Source of the DNA: Macrostomum lignano
Lineage: Eukaryota
Assembly (NCBI GenBank): GCA_002269645.1
Contig: NIVC01001895.1
Location: 122,772 to 186,771 of the forward strand
Direction: 5' to 3'
DNA length: 64,000 bases
The translations under genes were made by a program, and so were the position numbers. The first letter of the stretch is position 1. Each line of letters begins with the position of its first letter. The notes beneath the pieces are model-generated. The model did not search any database, was not told the origin of the DNA, and worked only from the letters and a program-made list of their open reading frames with translations. Shown piece by piece: positions 22,182 through 35,273 of this stretch.

Positions 22182-23491
22182 GGAATGAAAAAATGATCAT
22201 GAATAATGAAATTATGAGAAAAAATATCACAATCAATTAATCTTTATGAGAATGAAAAATGTAGCAAACATTTATGTAAATATTATCAAAACTAGAATTG
22301 AAATTAAAGCTAGACTTTAATTAAGTAGAATAGTTAAGATAGCTTTTAGCTTTATTATAAATTATAGACCCTGATTTACACATTTATTAGGATTTAGGCC
22401 TATAAATTAACACTTTTTTGTTTATCTATGAATAATATTCAGAATGTAGAATGTTTGCATGAATAAAGTACCTACATAAATAGAGTAACAAATAAAATAA
22501 ATAAATAGTATTTTTTATTGCATAAATATTTATGTACTGACTTATTAGTTAAATAAAAATATTTATAACATCATTATTATGCTGTAAGTATAATCTAGTC
22601 TTAGACATAGCTATAGGCAGAGGCTTAAACATAGCTTATTTAATCAATAAATATTAATATTAATATGAGCTAAATATAATTATTTTCAATAATTTCAGTT
22701 TTATCATTATTCTAATAAATGCCTAAATGGATCCGATACTGCCAAGTGCAAGCAATGGGATTTTGAAAATGAATTCCTACAAGCAGCAACTGAGTAATAC
22801 TAATATGGTGATAGGATAGTTAGGCTGTAGCAGTCAGGAGTAGACATTTCTCTATTTTTTCTCTAGACATTTCTCGACATTTCTCTATTTTTTCGTTTTA
22901 TTTGTCTTCATATTACAAAAATCACTAAACACTAGGCATTGAAGTCAGTAGATTGATTAGAAAACAAACAAAAATCACTATTGTGTCTAAGCAGCTATTC
23001 GTTAAGCCAAAAACTTAAAAAAACCATGCGTACGAAAAAAAATTATTTCATGACTATTAGTTAAAAATAGAAGTAACAACAAAGAAGAATAGTAAAATTA
23101 TTTTTTAAATAAATAAAAAACTAATGTACAGTTTTTTAATAATACTAACATATACGTTGTCTTTTAGCAAATTTTAAGCATTTGTTCTACAGCACATTTG
23201 ATTTACTGCTTTATTTATTTACAAACTTTCTTGCCAAAGTATTGTACTGCAGCTTATATGTAGTATTCGACAACGATAAATTTTATTGTTCCTCTATTCG
23301 TCCGAAAAAGTTCAGTTTTGACAATAATTTAAGAGTATTTGCTATCTGCAAAATCATGGCTTTTATTAACTGTTTTTATTCAAAGCAAAAATTATAACCT
23401 TAACGCTCTACAACTTTTTTGTATTTGAAAACTTTGCCTACTGATAGTAGAAATATAAACATTTTCTTCTATTTTGTGTTGCACTGCTAGA

Positions 23492-23563
23492 TTTCTAGAA
23501 ATTTCTTGAATCAATTAAATGACACACAATTTCGAGAAGTTTCCGTCGGACAGTCTATATAAA
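23492..23563 (+). promoter_or_regulatory. Heat-shock promoter: two HSEs and a TATA box
   Basis: TTCtaGAAatTTCttGAA (23493-23510), TTCgaGAAgtTTC (23531-23543) and TATATAAA (23556-23563), about 115 bp upstream of the sHSP ATG. Confidence 0.88.
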
Positions 23564-23678
23564 CAAGACAGGCTGCTTCTTGAACAGACAAGCTCCTAAA
23601 TCAAGAAAGCGAGAGAAAAACACAAGCAAAAGCAAAGCAAGCAAACCTAACAAACCAGCAGACATTGTACAAGCGACA

Positions 23679-24476
23679 ATGTCGCTCTGGATCTCCCCCA
23701 CGAACGTGTTCACGCCGTTCTCGCACGCGCTGCCGCTTGTGACAGCCATGAGCGAGCTGGACGACTGGCTGACGCCTGAGTACGACCCACTGGCGCATCT
23801 GTGGTGTCACCGAGGTCCGAAGCGACTGCGCCACTGGTCCCGGACTGTCGACCTTCGCGGCTTCTCGCCCAAGGACGTGTCGGTGAAGCGAGAGGACCGA
23901 AAGGTGCGCGTCGTGGCTCGACTCGAGAACGGCGACGACGTGACGGAGGTGAAGCGGACGGTGGACCTGCCGGAGGAGGTGGACGCTGAGAAGCTGAGCA
24001 GCGGCTTCACCCAGGACGGCATGCTGGTTCTGAAGGCGCCGTTCAAGGAGCAGCAGCGGCAGCAGCGGCAGGGTGACTCGGTGTGGGACGAGCTGCGCGT
24101 CCTGCTGCGAGGCGACTTGCAGTCCGGCCAGCTGGTGGAGGCCGACGACGGCACCAAGCGGTTCAAGGCGGAGCTGTCGGTGCGCGAGTTCAAGCCGGAC
24201 GAGATTCGCATCAAGCAGCAGGGCGACCGCGTCCGAGTCGAGGCTGAGCACAAGGACGAGTCGAACGGGCAGCGGATCCACAAGCGGCTGGAGAGAGAGT
24301 TCCAGCTGCCCGCCGGCACCAAGCTGGATCAGGTGGCCAGCAAGCTCAGCCAGGACGGCCGGCTGTGCATCGAGGCGCCGTTCGAGGCTCTGCCAGCCAA
24401 GCAGCCAACGCAGATCAAGGACGTTCCCATGGAGATTGAGAACGCCGATGATCAGAGCAGGGCGATGGGCTGCTAA
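23679..24476 (+). CDS. Small heat-shock protein with two alpha-crystallin domains (flatworm p40/Tsp36 type), intronless, 265 aa
   Basis: Two HSP20 repeats: DLRGFSPKDVSVK...LPEEVDAEKLSSGFTQDGMLVLKAP and SVREFKPDEIRIK...REFQLPAGTKLDQVASKLSQDGRLCIEAP, plus a C-terminal IxI-like motif DVPMEI. ATG at 23679. Confidence 0.93.
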   Translation: MSLWISPTNVFTPFSHALPLVTAMSELDDWLTPEYDPLAHLWCHRGPKRLRHWSRTVDLRGFSPKDVSVKREDRKVRVVARLENGDDVTEVKRTVDLPEEVDAEKLSSGFTQDGMLVLKAPFKEQQRQQRQGDSVWDELRVLLRGDLQSGQLVEADDGTKRFKAELSVREFKPDEIRIKQQGDRVRVEAEHKDESNGQRIHKRLEREFQLPAGTKLDQVASKLSQDGRLCIEAPFEALPAKQPTQIKDVPMEIENADDQSRAMGC

Positions 24477-24944
24477 GAATTGCTCCAAGAATTGTTTTGT
24501 TTGTTTTCAAGATTGGTTAAACTTTTGACACGGTTTCTTGTACATCATTCACTTTCAGGCAGTACTAATTGTTAGCTCTTTAGGCCTGAGTACACTTAAT
24601 GCGGCTTACTCAAGTTAAGCGTACAACTCATTAATTATAGTTTACACGAATTGACATTCGTTTATCTTTTGACTCTTTCATCATTTAAACAATTTTTTGA
24701 ACTTTTTTAACTAGGAAAAAAGTGGTAGCACACATCCTCTTTCTGCATGCTACATGCTGTAATTTTACGTTAGGGAAAACACCATTACAATAGAAAAGGT
24801 GATTGAGCAAAACTTTGTCACATAGAACAAACATAGACATAGTCAAACGATGGAGCAATAGGCTTGTACTTTTACCATAGAATGTGTCGGAAAAGTTTTT
24901 TATCTGAAGGGCCAGATATAGACTTTAGCGCATAGCTTTGGGCC

Positions 24945-25155
24945 GGAGAGAGGAGAGAAAAAAGAGAATGAATAGAGGAGAAAAGAGAAGATAGAAGAGA
25001 GAGGACAGATGAGAGAGAAGAATGGAGAGGAGAGCAGAGAGGGGAGATGAGGAGAAAGTGGAGAGAAGGAGAGAGAGAGAGGAGAGAATAGCAAAAGAGA
25101 TCGAGTTGAGATTAGAGGAGAGGAGAAAATCATAGAGAGTTGAGAAGAGACAAAG
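24945..25155. repeat. GA-rich low-complexity tract
   Basis: Purine-only GAGA/GGAGA sequence on the + strand. Confidence 0.85.
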
Positions 25156-25949
25156 AGCGGGCGGATTGTGCAGTTGTGAGCAGTAGCCATCATAGGAAGA
25201 GACTACTGTTGTGAGCCCCGTCCTCCGGAGCGACGCCTACAGCTGAACCCTGTTGGGAAGCTGCGACCCCCAGGTCCCCAGTTAGAGCTCCCGTCCCGCG
25301 CCCTGGGGAGAAGCAGGAAAAAGGTCAGAAAAGAACTCACGAGCTTCCGTGCAAAACCGATGCAGTTCGCAATTGTGATGGTAGACAAGAAGTTTGTCTG
25401 TCTATGGCGAATCTGACATATTGAACTTAATGTTTCAATCTCTATGGCGAATCTAATATATTGATCTGAATACTTCAGTGTCTTTTTTGGCCATTGTTTA
25501 ACTATGCAACATACTAGACAATCTATCATTTGCTGAGATGCTGATGCTCAAGGAGGAGTTGCTGAGATGCCAAGCGTCAAGTGGGCATGGGCTTTTATGC
25601 GGAGGCTCAAAGGGGAAGTTGAGGATACTCATATCTTAGAGTTTTTGCTTTAAATATCTTTCCTTTACAGAAGCTAACAATATAGTGATCGTCAGGGACT
25701 ACTCAAACATCGGGACGGGAAACTAGGCAAATCATGGCGAAGTTTTTACGAGGCTGGTTAAATCTATGGCCGCGCCAATGCAGCAGTAGCTATTTCAATA
25801 TTTCAATAAATCTTCAATAAATTTTATATTTTAATATACACAGACGGGAAAATGAACAGATGCGAAAAAATATGTAACAGATTTAAGCATTGAATAGTCG
25901 GGAATACTCAGTAGATGTGAACTTGTCTGTTCTGCAATGTCACGCACTT

Positions 25950-26174
25950 CTAAGTTTTTTGTCTTTCTCTCTTGAACGGTGACGGATGATGGAGCCAGCT
26001 TCGATGATCTCCGGACAAGTCCCTTAAAGAATGTGCTTGTTGCTCTTCGTTCGACAGGGCCTTTTTCCATCGCTCTCGCTCAACAGAGTCCTTCGGAAAC
26101 AGATGGACTTTCGTAGCCAATCGTTCGGACTCGTAATTTGACTTGCAGCCAACAACGCTGCCCTTTCTTGGCAT
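25950..26174 (-). mobile_element. THAP-domain N-terminal fragment, probably a DNA transposon remnant (P/Kolobok/Harbinger-type)
   Basis: MPRKGSVVGCKSNY...VHLFPKDSVERERWKKAL matches the THAP start (MPxxCxVxGC...HxFPKD...RxxW). The first Cys is replaced by Gly and the C-terminal C/H residues are absent. Confidence 0.7.
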
Positions 26175-26716
26175 TGATGCCAACAACACAAGCAGAAAAA
26201 TCGAGCTTGTCCTACGCGTCTGCCAGAAACTCTGCTGAAACTGCTATAAAATAATGGTAGATTAAGTCTATGGTTTCAGAATTAAATAATGATCAGCAGT
26301 CACTCGTGACTGTGACCATTATCCAAGTCTGAAACCATAGAAATAATCGCATTATCATATAGACTAGCGTTTACGGTTGATCATTATGTAACGCCATTAA
26401 GCCACGCCATTAAGTAACGCTGCAGTGTCTTCGTGCCATAGATATTGGCTCGGCAGTGAGCAGGGTCAAGGGAGCGCAGCTCCCTTGCGGGGGTGTGGGG
26501 GCAGAGCCCCACTAATCGGACCATAGACAATTTTTTAGAACACAGTTCTCTAAAAGAAAAGCTCGACCATGAAGTCTGTTAGGAAGTTAAGAACTAGAAG
26601 CAAGAAGCGAGAGAAATCGAATTAAAAATGCCTCTTATCAACTGGAAAAATCTACCGGTCGACAGTTTAGACGGCATCTCGTCTACTGAACTAGATTTCT
26701 GAGTGAACTGAGCGCC

Positions 26717-27060
26717 GTGAACCACAGTTCCGATGAAATTCTTGGAGATTTTATCGACTACCTGTCTAAAATCGAGACGGCTGATGAGGCTGCTGCGGTT
26801 TCTAGTGTCGAGCTTCCAGAACTATCTGATTTACCCAGTGCGATGGATGTTGCCGAACTGGAATCACTGCCGAGCACTACACGAGAACACATGTTTCTGT
26901 ATGGCAAAATGTTTGTGGAGTTTTTAAAGAAGCATGGTGCTGTGGATGTGAGCGTGATCAGTGACAGTCGCTTGGCCGAATTTTTAAGGTTCTTTTACTT
27001 CTGTCCAAAAAAATCTGACGGCAGTTGCTATTCGCCAGCTTGCTTGCCAGTTTGCTTTGC
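26717..27060 (+). mobile_element. Crypton-like (DUF3504/KCTD1-type) tyrosine-recombinase N-terminal fragment
   Basis: LPSTTREHMFLYGKMFVEFL...LAEFLRFFYFCPKKSDGSCYSPACL resembles the LxxFYxxxRKxDGxxYSxxSL motif. The similarity ends before any catalytic domain. Confidence 0.55.
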
Positions 27061-29621
27061 TATATCCTCGATCTGTTTCCTGTTAAAGTTCTTGTTGCTT
27101 AAACTAATAAAAACAGTGAATTTCTCGCTCATAATCTATGGCAATTTATCGTGATAAAATGCATTAAAAAATGATAGTCTATATGATAATGCAAGCATCC
27201 CTGCTAGACTGCAGTGGAAATAACGGTATCACAAGCTTCAAATAATAGAAAATAACCATAGACAACAAAGTATCGCTCAATACAAATAAGCCAGCCAGCC
27301 TCGTCAGCTGCTAAAAAACCAGCTTCGTAAAAACTTCGCCATGATTTGCCTAGTTTCCCGTCCCGATGTTTGAGTAGTCCCTGGTGATCTTTCAAGACTT
27401 TTTGCATGCAAAGCTTCTTTGACAAAAAATTTTCTTTCATTGTTGCCTAGGGGGGAGCGAAGATTGCTAGTACCAAGTCTAAGTTGAAGTTCTGTCACGG
27501 GTCTGCCATATAAAACGCTTCCATAGAGAAGCATGGAAGCGTGTTTTAAGCAGTAGCCAGCGACTTGTCAAACAATGAAGTCGATTTTCCATCAGCTGGG
27601 GCTCAGCAGCTCTCCACCGTGGCACAACAATAGTTGTAGTGACTTAAAACAGAAACATTCTGAATAGAAAATGTGAGAAAGCAGGGTTAAAAAGCTTTTG
27701 CCAAACTGAGAGGATGCAGAATCTCAATAGAAGGATTTTTTTCTGAGACGCATAGTTTCAAACTTGGCTTTGTTTTTCTTTGTCATGGCAAAATATTCGC
27801 GTTTTTCTTAAGACAGACAGGTAGGCAATCAATATGCGCAAAGGTTGCCATGACTACGGCGAAGAGTGAAAGTGGGAAATGGTAGGAGTGCTAGGAGTGA
27901 CTGTGAAACACAAATATTCTCTACGTTAAAGAACGTTCTGTGGTAGCTAGAGATATGGCCGCAGATTTTTTTGACCTACATGTATTATCGCTCATAAACT
28001 GCCTATCAGAAAACTCTATTTGACGTCATGCATTTTTACACTCTAAAGTCTAACAAAACTTTAACTTCTGCTCTTCTCATGTGTTAAAGTATCTGAAATA
28101 TTCTGCTTTTAGCCGATGCATTTGTGATATAGAAGGCCACATTTCGTTGTAGAATGGCTGTTTTAGTTTACAGATATGAATCGATTACATGAGCACATCT
28201 CTCCGGCGTGAATAGTAAATGAATAGGAAATGAACACGTAAGGACATCGATGCAGTCGTTTTGGTACCGGAGATGGACTATTGTGTTTGTCAGGATCCGC
28301 AAACATTGTCACCCTTAGTGAAAAAAGAAATCTTGTCGATACCCCCATGCGGCCCCATTTCCTGATGCGAGATAAATAGCGTTTGAAGATGAAGTCAGAA
28401 CTACATGCTGGAAGAAACGGATCAATAATGAAGCCTATAGAATCCGTTTGCTCAAGCTTTTTGCGATTGTTCAGTGGAAGCTTCAGATGATCAGAAAAAA
28501 ATTGCCTCACCGCCGCCGGATATCAATCGCAATGTCACTGATGTCTCATGGACAGCTAAAGCACAAGGATGCCACAATCGAGAATCGTTCAAATTTCGTT
28601 TGAAGTTCAATCACAAGTTTATCAAGCGCTTACACAAGCAAGCAGAAGCTTAGTGTAAGCGCTATCGCTTTCAATTGTATTTTTGTTTACTTTTTTCTCA
28701 ACGAACGTGCGATTTAATATGATAGACACAAAGTTGTAAATATGAACTTGATAAGACAGCTCGATTTCAATTTACCAGTTGTACGAGTAATGCTCTGATA
28801 ACTTTCAAACCAAGATTTGAGGGTGTCCTATAGAAATGGTAGAAGTTTCGGCTCTCGGGATTTAATCACATGCCGACCTCAAACCCATAGAATATCTTAT
28901 TTAAACTACTTTAATTTTGCGGGATGTATTCAGATAAATCCCGGAGCCATACTTGTATGTCTATGGTTGAAGTTGGGGATGGGGGTGTGGGCGCGAAGCC
29001 CCTGCTGGGGGTGTGGGGGCGAATCCCCTACATTCTTACCATAGACAAATTTCATTAAGAAATTTCTCGAGCCACGAAGGAAGAGAAGAGAGAAGCTCGC
29101 TTATTTAGTTACACACAATAATCCTTGCAATATGTCCGGGAAAGTGATCGATTGAATCCCGGAGCGCAAAATAAAATCTACGTCAATAACCTCCCTGAAA
29201 GTGAGCTTTAAAGTGGTTGAAATTGCTTTTTAAAGTTAAACAGTTTCTGAATCAGCTTCTTTTGTTGACAGAGACAACAAAAAAGAATTCAGTATTTTTA
29301 GCCCATAACTTTTGAAGGAATTAACATCTTGAACCTGTAACATATTGCTTTCTATTAAGTGGTGCAGGTTACATTGAATTCTACAAGCTAGGACACTCCT
29401 TGCAGCTCCTTTGTAGCTGTTGGGCGTTAAACTATATTGAAATATATTTGAAACGAAGGGGGCGCAGAGAAGAGATAAAAATAGGGGGGGGGGGGCAGCA
29501 AGAATTAGTGTTTCTATGAGTTAGATTTTCACAGAAATTGACTTTAAATCTCTGTTCTGGTGGGTTCTGTTTTAAACAATCGTCTTTAACTATTGCAAGT
29601 TGTTTTGTTTGATTTTTAGCA

Positions 29622-32600
29622 TCACCCATTAAAAGTGCAGCTAGTCTCATCCGTGTCTGTGCTAGCTCTGGACGGGCTGGGGGTGAAGCCCACGGCGCAA
29701 GAGCACACCCGGTTCCTGGTGCGCTTCTTCCTTTTCCAGAGGACAACGCAGTTGCTTTTGTACCAATCGGACCAGTTGCTCCACGAGTTCCAGCTGCACC
29801 AGCCCATAAACCTGGCATCGGACTGGGAGGCCTCCGTGGACGGCGTGGCGACAGAGCTGGTGATGCAACTGCAGGTCCGATCTCTGGACCTCTGTTGGTT
29901 CACATTGCAGCCTGCAATGTTTAATATTGATGAGGTTGTAACCCTGGAGTCCTTGAGCAAGACACTTAACTCTGCATTGCTTCAGTTCACCCAGCTGTAA
30001 AATGGGTGCCAGCATTAGCTGGGGTAATTGAGGGTGTGTGGCGACTCTCCAGTCCTTGGACTGAACAGCCGTACGCAGCTTTCAGATGCGCCGCGCAATA
30101 GCTGCGGCTGAGCTGTCAGTTGCACATCACAACTTTTTAGCTGGGTCTACTACGTGTAGAATTCGTTCTCAAGCTCACCTGTAGTCCAGGTGCTCCAGCC
30201 CTGCCACGCGCACCAGCCCATGTATCTGGAGTCAGTTTGAGAAGCCTCAGTGGACGGCGTGGCGACGGCAGTGGTGACGCAGCTGCAGCTCCTCACCCTG
30301 GTGCGCTGCTGGTTCGAGTTGCAGCCTGGAGAAAAGTGCATGGTAGCAGTTTGAGCACTTCACTGGTGCTTGATGACTGGCACTATATTCATGAATATTC
30401 ATGAAGCATGAATGCACTTTTTAATTGATACTGGCAAATACTTCAACAAAGCTCGAGTTGCTATGAAAGCAGTTCATCTTCCCTCATGTTCTCTTGAGCC
30501 TCATGAGCTGTTAAAACTGAACTCTGTAGCAAACATGCGAGTCTAAATTCAATGAGCTTTAAAAATGCTTCACAAAAGTTTCATAATTTTTTTGAAAGGA
30601 TGTGCTACAGATGTCCGTTTGAAGCAATATGGAATAATTGACACTTTCTACAAGTCTCAAACAATTGAGAACAATAAAATGGAACCCAGAAAGCAGTTAA
30701 TGTTCTTAAAAGATGGTTTAAGAAGTTCAAACAAGTGTCATTTGTAAAGACCAATACAAGTTCAAAAAATGACAGGTACTTTGAGGACTTCATTCTCAAG
30801 CTAACCTGTAGTCCAAGTGCTCCAGCCCTGCCACTGGCACCAGCCCATGTATCTGGAGTCAGTTTGAGAAGCCTCAGTGGACGGCGTGGCGACGGCGGTG
30901 GTGACGCAGCTGCAGCTCCTCACCCTGGTGCGCTGCTGGTTCGAGTTGCAGCCTGGAGAAATGTTTTTGAGCACTTGTGAGCATTATCTGCATGGTACAT
31001 ACCTAAGAAGTCATCCACACTCGGTGAAACTGAAGTGCCATCGTTTACTTTTTTTAGCCAAAAGCAAGTCTGTTGTGAGCAAAAACTCTAAATAAGGGCC
31101 TCCTGACTCCTGAATCTACATGTAATTTATCGATATTTATACAGTAGACAATGCTTATAATGTGCTTCTTGTCTTGGGCGAGGGCTACCTTTAAGAGCCA
31201 GAGAAAGCCAGCCACTTCAGTCTAGCACTGACAATTATTTGCCAAACTCACTTCAAAGCAAGGAATTTGTCGCTAGGCTCACCTGTAGTCCAGGTGCTCC
31301 AGTCCTGCCACTCGCACCAGCCCATGAACCTGGCGGCAGTCTGAGAAGCCTCAGTTGACGGAGTCGCTACCGGAGCGATGGGGCAGCTGCAGTTCCTCTC
31401 CCTGGTGCGTTGCTGGTTTGAGTTGCAACCTGGAATATTGCGCATGTTTTCAGCGAAGTTCTTTTTTCGGGAGCTCACTACCAAAGTGTTTGGTCACAGA
31501 GAGCTCACTACCAAAGTGTTTGGTCACAGAGAGCTCACTACCAAAGTGTTTGGTCACAGAGAGCTCACTAGCAAAGTGTTTGGTCACAGAGAGCTCACTA
31601 CCGAAGTGTTTGGTCACAGAGAGCTCACTACCAAAGTGTTTGGTCACAGAGAGCTCACTACCAAAGTGTTTGGTCACAGAGAGCTCACTAGCAAAGTGTT
31701 TGGTCACAGAGAGCTCACTACCGAACTGTTTGGTCACAGATGTTCAAAACGGCTCTGAAGCCTCACCTGAGCTCCAGGTCGCCCAGTCCTCCCAGGCGCA
31801 CCAGCCGATGAAGCGCTGCTCGTTCTGCGAGTCGCCTCCGTCGGCTGTGCGGTCCTCGCAGTTGGCCCCGGCGGCAGGAGCCTGCGGACTCGGGCATCGG
31901 CAGCTTCGACCGCGGAGGCGTTGAGCGGCGTGGCAGGCGGCGCTCCAGGAGGTCCACGAGCTCCAGGGACACCAGCCGCCGCTCACTGCGGACCGGAGAT
32001 TCACAGATTGAGCTCAATAATCAAGTCATCAAGCCAAAGAATTGATAATCAAGTCATCAAGCCATATAATCAATAATCAAGTCATCAAGCCAAAGAATTG
32101 ATAATCAAGTCATCAAGCCATAGAATCAATAATCAAGTCATCAAGCCATAGAATCAATAATCAAGTCATCAAGCCATAGAATTAATAATCAAGTCATCAA
32201 GCCATAGAATTAATAATCAAGTCATCAAGCCATAGAATTAATAATCAAGTCATCAAGCCATCGAATCAATAATCAAGTCATCAAGCCATAGAATAAATAA
32301 TCAAGTCATCAAGCCATAGAATCAATAATCAAGTCATCATGCCATAGAATCAATAATCAAGTCATCAAGCCATAGAATCAATAATCAAGTCATCAAGCCA
32401 TAGAATCAATAATCAAGTCATCAAGCCATAGAATCAATAATCAAGTCATCAAGCCATAGAATCAATAATCAAATCATCAAGCCATAGAATCAATAACCAA
32501 GTCATCAAGCCATAGAATCAATAATCAAGTCATCAAGCCATAGAATCAATAATCAAGTCATCAAGCCATAGAATAAATAATCAAGTCATCAAGCCATAGA

Positions 32601-33291
32601 ATAATAATCAAGTCATCAAGCCATCGAATCAATAATCAAGTCATCAAGCCATTGAATCAATAATCAAGTCATCAAGCCATAGAATCAATAATCAAGTCAT
32701 CAAGCCATAGAATCAATAATCAAGTCATCATGCCATAGAATCAATAATCAAGTCATCAAGCCATAGAATCAATAATCAAGTCATCAAGCCATAGAATCAA
32801 TAATCAAGTCATCAAGCCATAGAATCAATAATCAAGTCATCAAGCCATAGAATCAATAATCAAGTCATCAAGCCATAGAATCAATAATCAAGTCATGCAG
32901 CCATGGAGTTTTTCGTAGATTTTGAGAGCTCTTATTCGAGCTCGGACCGCTGCTTACCTCGACGCCTGTTGCTCAGCGCCAGCACCCGACACCCCGACGG
33001 CATCGCGGAGGCGTCGGCCGTGTCACCGAGAAGCCGGCAGTCTCCGGCGGACTCGTCGCGAGGGCACCAGGCGACCCCGACGCAGCTGCGGGACGCGGCC
33101 TCGCACTCGGACGCGCACTCGATGTCCGAGCGGGCGGCCACAAGCGCGGCCGGCTGTCCGGACTCCGCGGCCTTGCCGCTGTCCCAGTGCGCCTGGCCTG
33201 GTGAGTACAGGTACTGATCGGGCTCGCTGCAGGCGCCTGGCGCCGTCAGCTGCAGCAGTAGTGCGGCCGTGGCAACCGTTGCTAGGGTCAT
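29622..33291 (-). CDS. Secreted PAN/apple + thrombospondin type-1 repeat protein, copy A (6 exons, ~427 aa)
   Basis: Exons 33291-32958 (signal peptide + PAN-like SDIECASECEAASRSCVGVAWC...CRLL), 31985-31767, 31429-31283, 30952-30806, 30325-30179 (three 147-nt exons), 29911-29622. All introns are phase 1 GT-AG. WxxWxxW...C...RxRxRxCxC motifs are present. Confidence 0.88.
29941..30127 (+). mobile_element. 5'-truncated copy of the CORE-like SINE
   Basis: Matches ~1199-1389; lies in the last intron of PAN-TSP1 copy A and is absent from the corresponding intron of copy B. Confidence 0.85.
31470..31740. repeat. 30-bp intronic minisatellite, 9 copies
   Basis: GAGCTCACTACCAAAGTGTTTGGTCACAGA; reverse complement of the array at 38010-38820. 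Confidence 0.95.
32015..32900. repeat. 28-bp intronic minisatellite AATCAATAATCAAGTCATCAAGCCATAG, ~31 copies
   Basis: Intron 1 of copy A; reverse complement of 37275-37712. Confidence 0.95.
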
Positions 33292-33629
33292 TGTTAACTC
33301 TTTTCAGTCTAAAAGCTGTTCTCATGTGTTTGCAGAATTTTTCCCGGCTGCATGTGAAATCAGCAGCGTTTAAGTAAAGCGAGGGGAGGTGCTGAATCCT
33401 CTCTAGGCTTGGGTTCCTCCGTCTCCAGCCAGTCAGGAAAGGGATGCTTGGCGAATGGCAAGGATGGCTTGGCTGGGTCGATCATTAAAATCAGAGACTG
33501 CCTGGAATGAAGGAAATAGCCCAAGTTTCCCTGAATCGTGGGAGTAAAGGAGGGCTGCAGTCTTGGCGTAAAATCTTTTGGATTCAACTTTTCTTTTCTT
33601 TGTATGAATGACGGCATGAAATGAGGGAG

Positions 33630-34145
33630 GGAGATGAAGAAGAGAGAAGGGAGATGAGGGAGAGAGGAAGGGAGATGAGGGAGAGAGGGAGGGAGATGAG
33701 GTAGAGAGGAAGGGAGATGAGGGAGAGAGGGAGGGAGATGAGGGAGAGAGGGAGGGAGATGAGGTAGAGAGGAAGGGAGATGAGGGAGAGAGGGAGGGAG
33801 ATGAGGTAGAGAGGAAGGGAGATGAGGGAGAGAGGGAGGGAGATGAGGGAGAGAGGAAGGGAGATGAGGTAGAGAGGAAGGGAGATGAGGGAGAGAGGGA
33901 GGGAGATGAGGGAGAGAGGGAGGGAGATGAGGGAGAGAGGGAGGGAGATGAGGGAGAGAGGGAGGGAGATGAGGGAGAGAGGGAGGGAGATGAGGTAGAG
34001 AGGAAGGGAGATGAGGGAGAGAGGGAGGGAGATGAGGGAGAGAGGGAGGGAGATGAGGGAGAGAGGAAGGGAGATGAGGGAGAGAGGGAGGGAGATGAGG
34101 GAGAGAGGGAGGGAGATGAGGGAGAGAGGAAGGGAGATGAGGGAG
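33630..34145. repeat. 21-bp purine minisatellite GGGAGATGAGGGAGAGAGG(A/G)A
   Basis: About 24 copies. Confidence 0.93.
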
Positions 34146-35273
34146 GTGTTTCAACGTGACGACAATACAACGTGATGTCATTCACGGCATGACTCATTTA
34201 AAATTTTTGTTCTCAATCTAATTTGAGCGATGTCTATCGTGCACGCATCATATCAAGTGAGACCTACGCGTCTCCACTCTGCAGCTTAAGAGAGGTGGAG
34301 AGGCATATGCTGAAAATTTGGATAAGATGGTCTTGAGGTGGCGTCAACTTGTTAGACAGTTTCAAGTTTTGCTCACAGAAAAAACTTCCTTTTCATCCTT
34401 GTTTGCTTTAATTAGCATCAAAAAAAGTTTCGCAACAATTGTGTAGCTCTCAGATGCCTTTGAAATTGTTCGTTTCTAAGAAAACTGTTGAGCCTACTCA
34501 AAATGTCGCCTTCTGCATCTGCCAAAAAGTAATTGTTCAACAGCGAAAAAGAATTGCCTTTTGTCCGCATTGATTCATGACACACATGTGTAAGACGAGT
34601 TGTTTGTCTTGTCTCCTATTTTCGAGTGTCAGCCATCTGATGTTGCTGTCCTCAACCGTCAAGGACACGTACCCAGCGTCAGGTCAACACACAGAATGTC
34701 GCCCTCTGCTTGCCGGACGACATCGAGGCTGTCATTTTGTGCAGTCTGAGGTGACCGCGTTGTGAGGTCGTGAGGACGGCGTTGTTCCGGGCGGTGGTGG
34801 AGACTTGCCTTCAAGATCGGCGACCAAGGCGGCTGAGCGTCGTGCAGAATCGTGCAGTTCTGTAATCACTAACAGACACCGTTTTTTGTTGATTTTGTCT
34901 CCGTTTTAACTGGCAGATGCGTAAAGACAGTTTTGAAATCTTGAAAAGAGACCAAAAAAATTCCTGACAGATGCATACATTAAAAATAAAAAATCAGCAG
35001 AGTTGAATGTATTAGTGTATATTTAAATACGCATACAGCGTACGGAAAATGTGGTAAAACAGCGTGTTCATAAATTATCTGGAGTAAAATAGTAAAGTAC
35101 TCGTCAATACTGATAGGAATAAACTGCCAAGTTTTAATGTGCATTGACTGGATTAAAAATGGTTTCGGGAAAGCTCCATAGCATGCTCGTCCAATATTGG
35201 ACACACTGTTCTCAGTCACTCGCGGGGGCACACCAATACAGTTACAGCCCCCCAAACAGTTCGTGACTAGATC

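Noticed and set aside
23580-23678. TTG-initiated N-terminal extension of the sHSP in the ORF track
   Set aside because: It begins only ~17 nt after the TATA box and is A-rich 5' UTR; ATG 23679 is conserved in the second copy.
23601-24488. 295-aa antisense ORF over the sHSP (and 35407-36080 over its copy)
   Set aside because: Shadow ORF caused by high GC3 codon bias; no recognisable domain.
28163-28510. 115-aa minus-strand ORF
   Set aside because: No recognisable motif or splice support; probably decayed transposon sequence.
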